64,000 nt of DNA, taken from positions 186,001-250,000 of the forward strand of contig NW_026867501.1 in NCBI RefSeq assembly GCF_020745735.1, in the 5' to 3' direction. Under the pieces are notes generated by a model that saw only the letters and a list, made by a program, of their open reading frames with translations, was not told the origin of the DNA and searched no databases. The stretch's first letter is position 1, and each line of letters begins with the position of its first letter. Source of the DNA: Hemiscyllium ocellatum. Lineage: Eukaryota. This document shows positions 48,261 to 61,524 of this stretch, one piece after another. The position numbers and the translations under genes were made by a program.

Positions 48261-50269
48261 CCGAAAAGAAAAGAAAACAAACATAAAGTATAAAAAAGCT
48301 TGGAAAGAAACTTGCCAGTTTGAGTATTTGTTCAGATTTTTTCTGCATTAATGTGATCAGCAAAGGATGAAAATACTTACATGTTGCTCAGCATTTTTCT
48401 AGGTAAAATAATTCATCTTTTAACAAAACCAAAGCATATAATCAGCATGATTTGGCACAGAAGTAACAGCACTTCAGGTAATCAAGTGGAATGAGTATTC
48501 TGCTCACAGCCTGCAGTCCAGCAGAAACAATCAGCAACAAACAAATTGAAATATACTAAAAGAAGTTGGATGAACTCAGTGAAATCGTTCAGAATACGTA
48601 GCGTGGCTATGATCTGACATCAACTCAGTTCAAGCATCTGATCATTATTCATTGATTACCAGATAATCACAAAGATTTCTTCCACAATGCGTTACCCTTG
48701 GAATATTGTGAATCACCAATCCAAATCCTGCTCCAATTCATTATTCATCATTTCCGGATGAATGAGGGAAAATAATGTAGCATGATAAGTGTAGATTCCC
48801 CTGATAATTTCACAGTGGCTCCTGGTTTATTATGGAATATCGACCCAAGTCCTGCTTCTAATATTGCCTCATTAAGCATGATATGGAATGCCAAAAGCAA
48901 GGAAGATTCTTGCTGCTGAACATTACCCAGTAATACCAGATTAGTTCAGCAAATCAATCAACCTACAAACCTTCTTTTCATCAATATCCAAAGACTAAAG
49001 GTTATTGTCGGACAGTTAGCTAATGTTTGTCCTGCTGAATGTTGCTCAGTGACTGAGGCTTGGTGCCAGTGAATCAATCTATATTTATGTTCAGAAACAT
49101 TAGGTTGTGAGAATGAGTTTGTGTGTGCGTGTGTGCACACGTGTGCATGTGTGTGTGTGTTTGTGTGTATCTGCAGCAAGAGAGAGTGTCCTAAAAAGTG
49201 TCCATTAGTGTGGTCCTGTGATGTGGAGAAGGGAGCAGGGATAAACCATGCATGCAATAATTACACGACAGAAATCAGTCTGGTCAGGTTTCATCATATT
49301 TCATGGACTGATAAACCACGCATTTAGAACATACTCCAATTGCCTGCTCCTGCTATTTGGCAAGGGAATGCCTCTTTTGACATTTATTTGTTTGTGGTTT
49401 ATTTGATTATTTTGAAACGAATCTGTAAAATAAGATTTGCTTGTTACTTTGCAAAATAGAAGTGTGAATATCTGAGAATGCTTTATATCAGACTTGATAA
49501 CTATGTGGTTACATGACTCCAATTATACAGGTTAAATATTGTTCTGTAAGAAGTGGCTGAATTGACATTAGTCAAGGTTTACGTCGGTCAAAACATTGAT
49601 AATTTGGAGAGAAATGTTTCAATCCAGCGTGCGCGGACAGAACCAAATTTGCTTCAGATACATTTTACACGCACTCGGCATGTCCAAGGAACAAGAATCC
49701 TGCAGGGAAGGAAAGCTTTGCAATTGTTCAAAATCAAACCTAAAAGTAATCGAAGATAGAGCAGAAGTAAATTATAACTTTGCATCTTTTCAATAAATCA
49801 TGATACTAATGTTATTGGAAACCAAATCAAGAAGCACCTTTTTTAAAATCACGTCGGTAAATGGCTGATAGAGGTGTTCCTTCCCTCAGTGCCATGACAA
49901 CTGTTTCTACTTTCTTCACCATGCTAAACTGTCTCACTGAAAGACTTTCAAAAAATGTGTCCATGGTCTACCTGTACAATTACGTTACTCAAACGTGACA
50001 CAATTATTTTTCTCCAGCTGATTCAGATGTACGATTTGCCAATTAAATTGAAGAATGAAGAGTCCATTGATTTCTAGCAAAAAAAAGTAGTTGCTTCTAA
50101 CAGAAAATTACATCTACACAGGATATGACATAATTACAGGAAATGACGCCACCAAACCAAGAAAACCTAAACACATAAATAGAAGCGGGACATAACAGCA
50201 GTAATTCACCGGAGGCTCACAGATAACATTACCTAGTATGGTAATGGAACATCTGACAATGAATCTTCC

Positions 50270-51175
50270 AGCTCAGTGAGCACACTTACATCCAGAATCT
50301 TTACCTGAGCTAAAAATCTTCTCAAAGCTTGCCAAATTCTCTGTTACCACAGGGTACAGGACTGGGCTGATAATTGGCAAGTGGAGTTCAACCTGGAAGA
50401 GTGTGAAGTCATTCCCCTTGGCAAGTCGAATTTGAATGCCGAATACAGGATAAAAAGTAGTATTGTTGTTACTGTGGTGGAATTTCGGACTCTCAGTTAC
50501 CATGTCCAGAGATCCCTCAAAATTGCTAACCAGGTTTACAGGTTTAAGAGGTGGTAAGATGTGTTGGCTTCGATTAGAAGTGGGATTGAGTTGACGAGCC
50601 ACGAGGTGATGCTACAGTCTTATAGAGCTCGAGTCAGACCACATTTGGAATATGATATTCAGTTCGGGTCGTCTCAATATTGGAATGCTGTGGATGCTTT
50701 CGAGAGGGTGCAGAAGAGATTTTCAAGGTTGCTTTCTGCACTGGAGGTTTTACGAAGAAATTTTGAGGGAATTAGAGCGTTTCTGATTGGAGCAAAAATG
50801 GGTGTAAGGTGACTTGATAGAGATATAGAAGACATTGAGGGGCATAGATAGAGTAGATAGGCAGAGACTGGTTGCCCATGGTGGAAATGTCGATCACGAC
50901 GGAGCATAATTTTAAAGTAATTCCAGGAAGGTTTAGGGGAGATGTCAGAGTTGGGTTCTTTAGAAAGAGAGTGGTGGGTATGTGGACTGCACTGCCAGCA
51001 GTGGTAGTAGAGTTAAATATATTAGGAATATCTAAAAGTCTCTTGAATAGGCACATGAAAGATAGCACAATGAAGGTTGCGTAGGTTAATTTGATCTTCG
51101 AGTTGGATTAAAGTTCGGCACAACTTCGAGTGCCGAAGGGTCTCCACTGTGCTGTGCTGGTCTATGTTGTCAGCT
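50270..51175 (+). mobile_element. 5'-truncated CR1 LINE
   Basis: LQSYRARVRPHLEYDIQFGS..FERVQKRFSRLL; GRFRGDVRVGFFRKRVVGMWTALP; CR1 3' tail. Confidence 0.85.
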
Positions 51176-54100
51176 CTGTGAAAGCCTTCTTGCTTCTGCA
51201 AGTCTCCACAGTCTCCCTTCATATCTGTTCCTCCAATCCCTGTTGAACATTTGATGGCCAATATTATAATCCAAATAACGTTATCATCCCATTCTTATTC
51301 CTTAGTTGCTCCCACTAAGTCTCACAGAATGATCCTTCATTTATTCCATCTTTGACTACCTCTGTTATATTCACCTTAATCAAAAATGAAACTGGCACTC
51401 TCCTTCTGCCACCACCTCCGTCCCGCCTGAAACACTTGTACTACTTCACATTAAGCATCCAGTCATGGCACTCCCTTTGCCATACCTACAACCCCCATAC
51501 CCATCCACGCCCTAAATTCATTTGCCTTACCTGTCAGTCCTCTTGCATTGAAATATATGCAAATTAATGCAACAGGCACTTCTAACTCTGTAATGTGTTG
51601 CAGGCTTGAGCTGTCCCTTCAACATACGATTGCTGAGTACTGCATCTCCTTCAAAACATGCACTTTCAAATTCTAGTTTAAATGCCTATATTTGAATGCT
51701 TCTGTTGCTGCCCACATTTGTTTTGGTGTCTCTGTAAGTTTGTTTCCATGTTTGTATATTTCCGTCTATGTTGCTTTTCTGTCTGACTTCGTGCCCGGTG
51801 AGATATCAGTTCCCGATTCCTAAATGATTGCCTGCAGCGTCCTGAAATCTAGTTAAATCTTTTACAAAAAGAGATGGCAGTTTCAGTGGAAGATAAATTG
51901 TCTGGAAGGATGTTAATCAATTATTGAGCATCACAGTCTCTATCCTGATTTCTCTGTCTTATGATTCGTGTGATACAGTGTCACCCTCTGATGACCAAAA
52001 TTCACAATTGCATTAGCGCAGGTTGAAACTCCCAGGATTTCAATTAGTGCATAACTTAAATTGACGGCAGCATCACATCATACATAAGGTCAATGTGAAA
52101 TCTTTGCTGTTACTCCTGGGGAAAAAATGCCGCAGGGCTGAAATAAAAATGAAAACTATTTTTAGAAGAAACGAAATATGTCAGGTTATGGAAAAGTGAA
52201 TGAACAGTCTAATTAAAAATGCAGAACATAGTAGAAACAGATTTTACAAATGTCTGCACCTATTTAGCATCTTAATTTTAAAATACTGTGCACTGACTAC
52301 TTGTAGCTACAAAGCAGGGAGAACAACACCCTGCAGTATACTTTTTTAAAGGCTTTGTTCAATTTGTCCTGAATTAACAATTAAATGTTTCTCAGTGCAC
52401 ACTGTATTAATTCTCATCTTCACATATTACGAAATGGGTGCTTCTCTGAACATCGCTTCTGCGAGCTGTAACTGCATCTAACGTCATTTGTTGATATTCT
52501 TCTGGACTCAGTTTCAATATCTTTACTCAAAATGGGGGAAAGAAAGCAAATGTAACCATTGGCCAATGACTGTCGGAGAGAATTACCAGGAGACGTGTGG
52601 AGTTCTACAAGAAGATGACTTTTCATTTGCTAACAAAAGCCGTGACAACCAGAGAGAGAATTCTTAATTGCCCCCGAACCTCGGTGTCCATTATTTTACC
52701 TTATTTTATCATGTTTTCTTCGAGTTTGTCAGCATATCTAATGTGTTAGTCAGGGATATCATTCTGCAGTTATGCAACAAACCAATGATTTTAGTTCATG
52801 TTACCTCTCTACTCCTTCTACTATGTTTTTTTCCTGCTTCAAACTTAACTCATATCATAACGATTATTTATTATTTCGTCTGCCACAATGGTCTCCCAAC
52901 TCCAATCTTAATATTTCTCTATTATGTTACGGTTAGATATTTGCTGTTACAGCAGCCACAATGGACTTTAGCCTGAGGTTGAAACAATTACATCACGCTC
53001 ACATTTACTTACATGTCACATGCTTTGTTTGAACTGATTATGCTGCCATTGGTACCTAACCTAATTATACTACCTAACTAGCATGTTTCTCCCCCTATTG
53101 CTCGATACACGATTGATGTAGTATTCTGACTGATGTAGCATTCCACAAATCCTTGTAACATTCCACCCAGTCCTCATGTTTAACTCATTAAATGCCCTTA
53201 TTCACTTTATTTTCCATGTGATCTTCAGTTTTATGATTCCAAGAATTCTAGAATATATTAAAAAGAACTTAACGCCAGAATATTTAGTAACAAGTAGCTG
53301 GTCATACAGTGTTAGCAGAGCTAAATGAAGTGAAAAACCTGCCTGGCAAATTCGGTGGAATTCCTCTAGTAGAGAACAAGCAGAATGGCTAAAAAGGCTG
53401 GCTCGAAAAAGCATTTGCATTTCCAGATCATGTTTGAGAATGTACCACAAATTAGAATACTTAATGAAAAAGAAGTCAAAATATCAGAGGCAGATATTAG
53501 CATGGAGAGGCGGTGTCTTAATTATTTGTACACAAACACTTGAATAAAGGCAGTGCGTGCCCCGACAGAAAGCGAATCTGAGCCACAGTGCGACAAACAT
53601 CAATGCTGGGGCCTCAGTCTTTCAGAACATGTACAGTGATTTGAATAAGGAAAGAGAATTTACTGTCGCCAAATTGGCGAGATCCAGAAAAATAATTGGA
53701 ACACAGGTTGTAATGATGACACAACGAGACTGTGGAAGGACATAAATAGAGTGAAAGGGCAAAAGCTTGGCAGCTGAAATATTACATCTGAAATGACAGC
53801 AAAGGTGAATATTATGCAAATTGATGACGATTACAGAAACGTGCAGAGATTTTCGGGGATGGAGGAGGTGACATTATTGTGGCTACTATTGCATCGGTCT
53901 CATAAAGTTGGAATGTTGACACAGTGGGGAACAGTGAAATTAAACGGAACATGGGCCTGCACTTCAGAAGGAATGGAGATTGAAGTTCATTTTCTGAGCT
54001 TTCACTACAAGCAGTTCGCTGACTGTTTGATTCGAGGTTAAGCTGATTTTTTCATGGTTTCAGTTTGAATTGAGTATGTCTGCCTGCGATTCCACAAATA

Positions 54101-55445
54101 TCCCAACAGATAGCATCACCAGCTGACAATTTTGCACATCACTGGGAATGCATTTGATCATCATCTTTCTAAAAGAAAAGTGATACAAAATGGCTTCGAT
54201 AAATGCAGCCGCAAGACAGTTAAACAAGTGAGATTTCTGAAGCTCCATTATGAAGTGAAGTTTCACAAATTCTTCTTCATTCTCAACACCTGTGGAAGTT
54301 TCAATCAATATAAATTCTGCCCAGAATTCTGAGTGTTATCGATGTCAAGATACTATAAAGGACATATATGCAGTCTCGCACACATGTTACCACTGCCACT
54401 TTAATCCCAACATCGGTGCAGTGTGCCCAAAACAAGTCAAATGACAAAAAAACTGCATTGTCAAATGACTGCTGGATATTGAAACATGATATTCGTAAAC
54501 CTCGCTGTCGCAATTTACTGAGGTCTCCCAGCACGCAATCAGTTCACTAGCTTGTGTCGCCACTACTTCAGTGAGAGTGGAAGGCAGAAGCTGGATCTCA
54601 GCGAATGCAAACAGCTTGAAAAGGGTTAGTCAGTTCCCATACAGAAGGTATGACGGCTGATACAGAGAACAAATGGTGAAGATGTCACTCCAACTCCAAC
54701 TCAAATTGTCTCCCTCTTGTGACAATCGCAGAACACACTGAGAGCAACAAGTGTAAAACGTTTCCTCCTAAATCAAGAATTAACCACGTAGCATCTAACT
54801 ACATCCATTGCCTACTCACTCAATATTTCCGCACATGCACGAGGCACAAAGGGAATCAATCACTGACTGATTTAAGTGCAACTGGCGTCGCACAGCACAT
54901 AGCTTTTTCCACAAAGCCAACATATTTGCTCAAGCTCACATCAATTAACAAAGAGTTTGGAAAATAAAGAGCGTTGCAGTTAAACATTGTAATTTTACAT
55001 TTGAAGACCGTGAGAAATTTTTAAAAATGCTTGCATGAAATATCAAAAGCTTCATTGAAAATAAAAGAGAAATACAACCGAAAAATAGAAATTGTTGCAG
55101 AAACTGGGATATGTCTCTGATGGCACAATCATGCTTAATGAAAGTATGGTTCTCGTGTTCGGGCCTAGCCGGATGGATAGAATTTTTAATTAGCAGCCAC
55201 CAGAATGAGACACACATGATGTACAAAGATCACAGCAAGGTACATGAGGTGAGAAAAGACTATGCAAATTTCACTGAAGACATTTGAAGATGTGCAGTCT
55301 GATCTTAAAATTCAGCTCTGTTAAAATTCAGAAGCTATTAATCTTGGAACCAATCACAACTGAGCTGTATATTTTCAACAGTCACATTCCATTCAAGTGA
55401 ATGATTTAACTTTTCTTCAGAATAGCAGTATCAGATTGCATAACG

Positions 55446-55450
<5 letters not shown>

Positions 55451-55490
<40 letters not shown>
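55451..55490. repeat. (AT)20 microsatellite
   Basis: Perfect AT run. Confidence 0.95.
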
Positions 55491-55493
<3 letters not shown>

Positions 55494-55589
55494 TTCATTT
55501 TTAAAAATATTAATAAAATCTATTAATTTTCTTCTGTAGCTCCATTTATTTTGTCAAATAAATGACTCCTTCTTACAGCTTGTAGACTA

Positions 55590-55880
55590 GGGAGCCACGG
55601 TGGCTCAGTGGTTAGCACTGCTGCCTCATGATACCATAAACCTCCATTCTGATTCCACTCTCTGACGACTCCCTTTGTGTGGTTTTCACCTTCTCACCAT
55701 GTCTATATGGGGTTCCTCTTAGTATATCAGTTTCCTTCTACAGTCCAAGGATAAGCAGGCTATGTGGGTTACCTGTGAGGAATGCAGATCTATTATTGCA
55801 TATGGGTTGCTGTTTCAGAGGATCAGTGTAGACTCAATGGGCAGCATGGTGTGCTTTCACACTGTAAGAATCCTATGATT
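55590..55880 (+). mobile_element. tRNA-derived SINE (HE1-like)
   Basis: GCCACGGTGGCTCAGTGGTTAGCACTGCTGCCTCA head with A-box; CR1-like tail ending CTATGATTC. Confidence 0.75.
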
Positions 55881-56508
55881 CAAACAATGTATCTCATAAC
55901 CATGCACAGCAACTCACCCCACCAATGACAACGATTTCCTCGCACACCATGCACTTTGTCAGCCCAAACCTCAAGCATCCGGGTCGAACTCACCCATGAT
56001 CATCAGGAACTTGCCTCCATTATTTCCACAAGAAAAACCGTGCGATTAAAAGTAAGAAGAGATTAATGATGAGATGGAACAATATTCCCTACCATCCCAC
56101 TTCCAGCTCTGGTCAGTCCACTTCGCAGATTCCGGCGTCTCATTCATCTCATTGCGACCACGGGTAGGCACTATCTGAAAACGTAATACAGATCAGGTGC
56201 CTCTTCTTCAAAAAGTGACTGTGTGAAAATTTAACGTTGATGGAGCAATTGAGTTAAAGTCGATCAAATAATATCTCACTTCTGAATTAAACTCTTCGCT
56301 TCCAGGTGACAGACGGTAATCGCTCTTTCTGTTTCTGTTCATGGTATCGAGACGAGTACCATGAACATTAATCTCTGTCTGACTCTGGTCATCTCCCTGT
56401 TAAGAGGTCTGCTTTACTTATATCTTAAATATCCTTGTACACATTTCCCGTTTCCACTTCCACGTGATTAACTATCTTCCCTTCCTCCTAGCTAGCGAGT
56501 GATACAGC

Positions 56509-56840
56509 GGGTGGCATGGTGTCTCAATAATTAGCTCAGTTACCTCAGAACAACAGGGGCCCATGTTCGATTCTAGCCTTGAGTGCTTGTCTGTCTGGCG
56601 TATTCACATTCACCCCGCGTCTGCGTAGGGCCCCTCTCGGTGCTCTGGTCTCCTCACACAACTCAGAGATTTGTATATTAGTTAAATTGACCATACTAAT
56701 TTGCCCATAATGTTCGTTGATGTATAGGTTAGGTACGTTAGTAAGGGCTAAATGTGGTGAAAGATTCTAGGTGGGTAACTCTTCGAATGATCATTGTGGA
56801 CTTGTTGGGCCAGTTTCCACATTGCAGGTATTCTATGATT
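56509..56840 (+). mobile_element. tRNA-derived SINE (HE1-like), diverged
   Basis: GGGTGGCATGGTG..GTTCGATTC B-box; central region; tail TTCTATGATT. Confidence 0.65.
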
Positions 56841-56879
56841 AGCTGGGCATTAGCTGATTACTTTTAAAGATGAGTAATA

Positions 56880-57210
56880 TATACTGTGTCCCAGTCAGAA
56901 TAAGGGGCCAAAACAATAACGAGTGAAAAATCGACGATAGGTCAAAGTTACCCTGTACGGCTGTACAGTATGAACTACATGGTTATTGTCTGTATCCATG
57001 ACAAGTCACTCACTATCTTTTCAGAGCCAGTCGTTATGGATATAACTGAATGGCTCCAAGTTTTGAACATTTCAGTGGGAATCTCAATCTGGGACTACAT
57101 ACTTTTCAGCTGTTCATGAATATGTTGAGGGCGACAGACAGCGCCCGGTATAACTGTTCACTGAGATCCTCGGTGAATTTGCAATGATTCCCAAGTCTCA
57201 CACAAAAACT
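56880..57210 (+). pseudogene. TCR V-alpha/delta pseudogene (absent from the ORF track)
   Basis: TVSQSE*..VTLYGCTV; YLFRASRYGYN*MAPSFEHFSGNLNLGLHTFQLFMNMLRATDSARYNCSLR ending 57168; decayed heptamer CTCGGTG (57169-57175); nonamer-like ACACAAAAACT at 57200-57210. Confidence 0.72.
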
Positions 57211-59491
57211 GAATGTTTGTCACAATAAAAGGTAAGTTCAAGGAAATGCAAGTGATTGAATCCGTAAGGAACTGTGCAGGGAATCATAAATGCATCTGAC
57301 AAGAGAGCAAACTCTCGTCCATTCAACCCCTCCATGCTGCTCAGTTATTCAGTAAAATCAGGATTGATCTGATCCCCCATATTCCCACATAATCCGTAAG
57401 ATTCCTTGTCCTTCTTTATCAAGAATGATGCGATCCAAACATTAAAAATATTCATAAACGTTATTCCCCTTAATGAATGCAATGTTTAGGTGTTAGCTGG
57501 GGTTCACCTCGGTCAGCAACTTACTGTCAAAAGTGATATAATTAAAAACGCAGCCTCAAGCGGTTTGAATTGTTAAGTTTTTTGAGTAAAATTGTGATGG
57601 GTGAAATCAGTATTTTAATCAGAGAAAAAGGACGCCAATGGGACAATGCACCAGCTTGTCCAGAGTTCCAATCTCACAAGGGCAGCTGTTGGAATTTTAA
57701 TGGAAATCACAATTCTAGACTGGAAAAGAAAGTCCAAGAATGGTGACCATGATAACCATTACTGATTGTTGTAAAATACAAGAATGTTCAAATTCTGACT
57801 TATGGGAAAGGGAGATACCTCGTTATCTGGAATGGCACGCATGTTACACCAATCACATGTGCGTGACACGAAACTGCCTTCTGAAATGGTGAATTTAGCA
57901 ACATAGTTCAGTAGAATTTAGGATTAGGGATGCCCATCAAGTGTTTGTATTTGCAGTAGCACGCATAGTCCACAAAAGCGTAAAAAGTAATAATTGCTAT
58001 TTGGAAATGTGCAGCAACCTATAATAAGCATGGGATTCCACTGAGTAACAATTGATGGCGTGAATAAATTGGAGGACATTTCTCCTGAATTGAAAATGAG
58101 GCAGATTTTATGGTACTTATCTATTCTTCTGAATTAATAAGAATAATGCATTTGTCGCCTGTTAGAACTGTTGATATCGAAGGAAAGAAAGTTTAAGTGA
58201 GGAAGACTCAGAAAAGTAAGAAGAAGAAATAAGGAAAGGAGACGCATACAGATAGCAATTGGAAACAGCAGAAAGTGGTTGGGTAAAGTCAGCTGTGTTT
58301 ACTCATCAGCGAGTGAACCTTTGATGCACAGTAGTTGCCAGGTCAGAGAGAATAGACAATCAGATTAGAGAAACGTGTTTTCTTTCCCGAATTCGAAACT
58401 GACTCTGATTCGAATTACATCCTTAACTGAAGACTAGAAGAGTCAAAATATTTGTAAAGGTGAACTGCTAATAAGGTCAACTCTAATCATGTGTACTCTC
58501 CGTGTTTTACTCGGAATGATGACCATGCTGTTCTGTGAACTAAAGCCATCAGTATGTAATTCTCGGTTGAGATTCGCAAAAAATATTTTTCAGATATTCT
58601 TCATATTCTTCAATGGCCTCCATGCAGTCTCCTAAGAGCCGCTAGAATTAATGACTAAGAAGGGGTGGAACCGAAAACTGATCTATAATGACATTGGATT
58701 TTACAGGTACGAGATGCGATTTGATTAAAAAATTGTAAATTCTTCATGTGTTTTATAGGGTAGAAGAATAAATGTTTGGGGGGGGGGGACTCGAGGATCA
58801 CAAGGCACAACCTCAGAGTAAAGGGACAGCCAGCTTGATCACAGACAACGATAAACGTATTCTCTCAGGCAGAATTAAGTCCTGAAAAGGGAAGTAGAGG
58901 CCGTGTCGTTCACAGCATAAAAGGCTTAGACAGGCAAAGTTGTAATCACTAAGTAATTAAGGATTATGCAGAAAAGATACAAAAATGGAGTTGAGGATTT
59001 GCAGACAAACGATAATGTCACTGGAATGGAAGAGCAGAATACATGGGCCTAAGGCTTACTTCTGTTCTATATCCAATTGTTGTATTGATTTTCACAGCCA
59101 ATGCTTGCATGTTTTTTCTGCCATTCGGACCTGAAAATAAACAACTATAAATGATGCACTGCTGCACAAACATTCGTTTTGATCTTATTGCAGTTTAACT
59201 GGTGCCAGTGATCCCTTGGCTGAGAAATCAAGCCTGTCTGTATTTCCACTCCAACATTTCCTTACGTAAATTGCAGTTCGCTCCTCATTTTTAGTTGTTC
59301 ACGATGATGACTACATTTCCATATTTTGTTGTTTTGAAAAAATAGAAATGCATATTGATGCAGAAATAAACAATTACTTTATCTCAATTAGGAGTACATG
59401 ATATCATCACGAAAGTGAGATTCACGGCTAACCACCCTCCTGTCAACACCTCAACCCGTACATGTGCTGATATGTCATGCAATAGTCTGGC

Positions 59492-59955
59492 AGTTTGTGT
59501 ACACGTTCTCTACGATCCTGTAGTTATGTGGCTCGTAGTGTGCAGTCATACATGACAAGTCTGTCAGCTGTGCTGTCTTACCAGTTAGAAGCACAGTTCG
59601 ATTAGATTAATTGAACTTCAGTGAAAAACGTTTTGTTCTTGAAATTCTTCTGCATTCCCATTCTATGTGTTCCTCTGTCCCAAAACATCTACTTGAATAT
59701 TGAAGATACCAGAACAGGTAACGTACATCATTGATTGCATTACAGCAATTACAGAACAATTGATTATCATCTCCTACATTTACTGAGGTCTCCCCGGGCG
59801 CCTGAGAAACAGGGTCTCCTCGGCAATGGTCTAGAAAATCAAAGAAGGGTATTAAGTTAAACATTGACATATACTGTAACTTTCTCACCCAGAATCAGTC
59901 AGAGAACTGCGAAACTTAGTTTTTGAATTATGCAGAAACGTGTTAAAGACAACAT
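59492..59955 (-). pseudogene. Inverted TCR V-alpha/delta pseudogene with 23-RSS
   Basis: Leader 59955-59889 with internal TGA and GTGAG donor; V exon 59830-59531 DHCRGDPVSQAPGETSVNVGDDNQLFCNC..YLFWYLQY..KRFSLKFN*, frameshift, VMYDCTLR; RSS CACATAA (59530-59524)/23/ACACAAACT (59500-59492). Confidence 0.85.
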
Positions 59956-60010
59956 GCTCTATAACAAACAATTTAATTTGCTTTAGTGTAGTTTCATTGG
60001 CTTCTAAGGT

Positions 60011-61524
60011 GAACCTAGAGGACAAAATATAAAGGAAAAAGCGTAAAAAGTAAAATACACTGAAAAGAGAATGTAGAAATCTACTGGTCAGAATGGGAAA
60101 AATACAAATTGAAGGAGACTAACATTGACTGACAGAGAGGGATAGAGAAAAGCACAAACATAAAGAGAGAGGGAGGGTGGGGGGAAAGAGAGAAAGAGAG
60201 AGAAGTGTAAAGGAATGTGAATACGTTAATTTTTCTAGTGCCTATCAAATCAAATTTGAATTCAACCTGCTGGCCTCAGACATTCAGCTGATGTATGCTA
60301 TTTAATTTGAGGACAAGTTCAGGAGGGATCAAACTATTTTCTTCATTTCACTTCAATTTATGGACATTTCTGTGCTCTGATTCCATGTCATAAATGAAAC
60401 ATCTGTGAGCTGAACTGCCAAATATTTTTCAACGCACCAGTTAAGATAACTACAGCGGTAACGATTATGTTAAAAATAAGCCCGAACACTTTTGCCTGGA
60501 AATGATGATGTATTTGAACAAAAAGTGATTCCACCTGAAATGGTTATTCGTCGAGAAATGAAATATGTACTGATATCAGTCACTCTGCTAATTGGCTTCT
60601 TGTTGATGGGGACACAGGGTAACATCCAAGCACGTGGCAAATTAATTGTTTTGCACAAAAAGCCATCAGCTCTACATTCCTTGTTCCGAAATTACTGACG
60701 TTAGCAAAAGGCGTGGTGAAACGGAGCAATATTGACACAGAATTCTTCAGTGGGACGAATTATTCATTTCCTTTCATTTTTTGAATCTGTCCTGAAACAT
60801 GCAAAACAGAAAACATTGCCGGTATAGCATTTATTTCACAATGATGTTGAAATGATTCGCCTGAAGCAGCGAATTGGATGTGGACTCATCCCACTGTTTG
60901 GTCTTGAAACATAGTCAATCCGTTTCTTCTATCCTTCCAAAGTATCGTCTTTGTTGCAAATGATACGTCTTCATTTATTCACGTCTTTCTCCTAAGCGTC
61001 ATGTTATCTCAGTTACATTTCTCTTCGTCTGTAGATTGTTCCATTTCGTTTATACTCTCTCTGTGGATGTTTGACTGTTTTCTGCCTCTGTTGCGTCTCC
61101 TGACAGGTATTCATAATCCACTCCTCAATTATACGGGAACTTCATGATCCCTTTATTGTGTTCCCTTACTCCTGTAAGCTTTGATCACTTTATTTCCACA
61201 TCTATGTGTCTCAGCCCCTTTTGCTTTATGGTTATCTATTGTGTTGTTGTAATATCTCCTTAAATCCGATTTATAATATTTCTCATTTTGACGTTTTGTC
61301 ATGTTTTACTTTCTCTCTCTCTCTCTCTCTCTCTCTCCCCCCTCCACCCTCCCCTCTCTCTCTCTCTCTCTCTCTGTTTGCTTTTCTCTATCCCGCTCTG
61401 TCAGTCAATGTTAGTCTCCTTCAATTTGTGTTTTTCCCATTCTGACCAGTAGAATGCTACATTCCCTTTTCAGTGCATTTTATTTTTTACGCTTTTTCCT
61501 ATACCTTTTTTCCTCTAAGTTCAT
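60011..61524. repeat. Inverted duplication, arms ~60011-60210 and ~61305-61524
   Basis: Core 60033-60160 is the reverse complement of 61375-61500 with 7 substitutions and one 2-nt indel by my count; weaker similarity extends on both sides through CT/GA tracts. Confidence 0.85.
60558..60618 (+). other. Orphan signal-peptide-like exon
   Basis: MKYVLISVTLLIGFLLMGTQ+G|GTAACA phase-1 donor; no V exon directly downstream. Confidence 0.35.

Noticed and set aside
53990-54293. Minus-strand segment after CCACAG acceptor (GVENEEEFV..LFNC..ILYH) as a V exon
   Set aside because: No Trp41, YYC or RSS; partly overlaps decayed LINE sequence
55590-55665. tRNA gene
   Set aside because: A-box present but B-box and cloverleaf are degenerate, and it continues into SINE body sequence
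56337-56366. 10-bp perfect inverted repeat GTTCATGGTA/TACCATGAAC with nearby SWYR and LSDSG words
   Set aside because: A single short hairpin is expected by chance in 64 kb; the V-like words are not at canonical spacing
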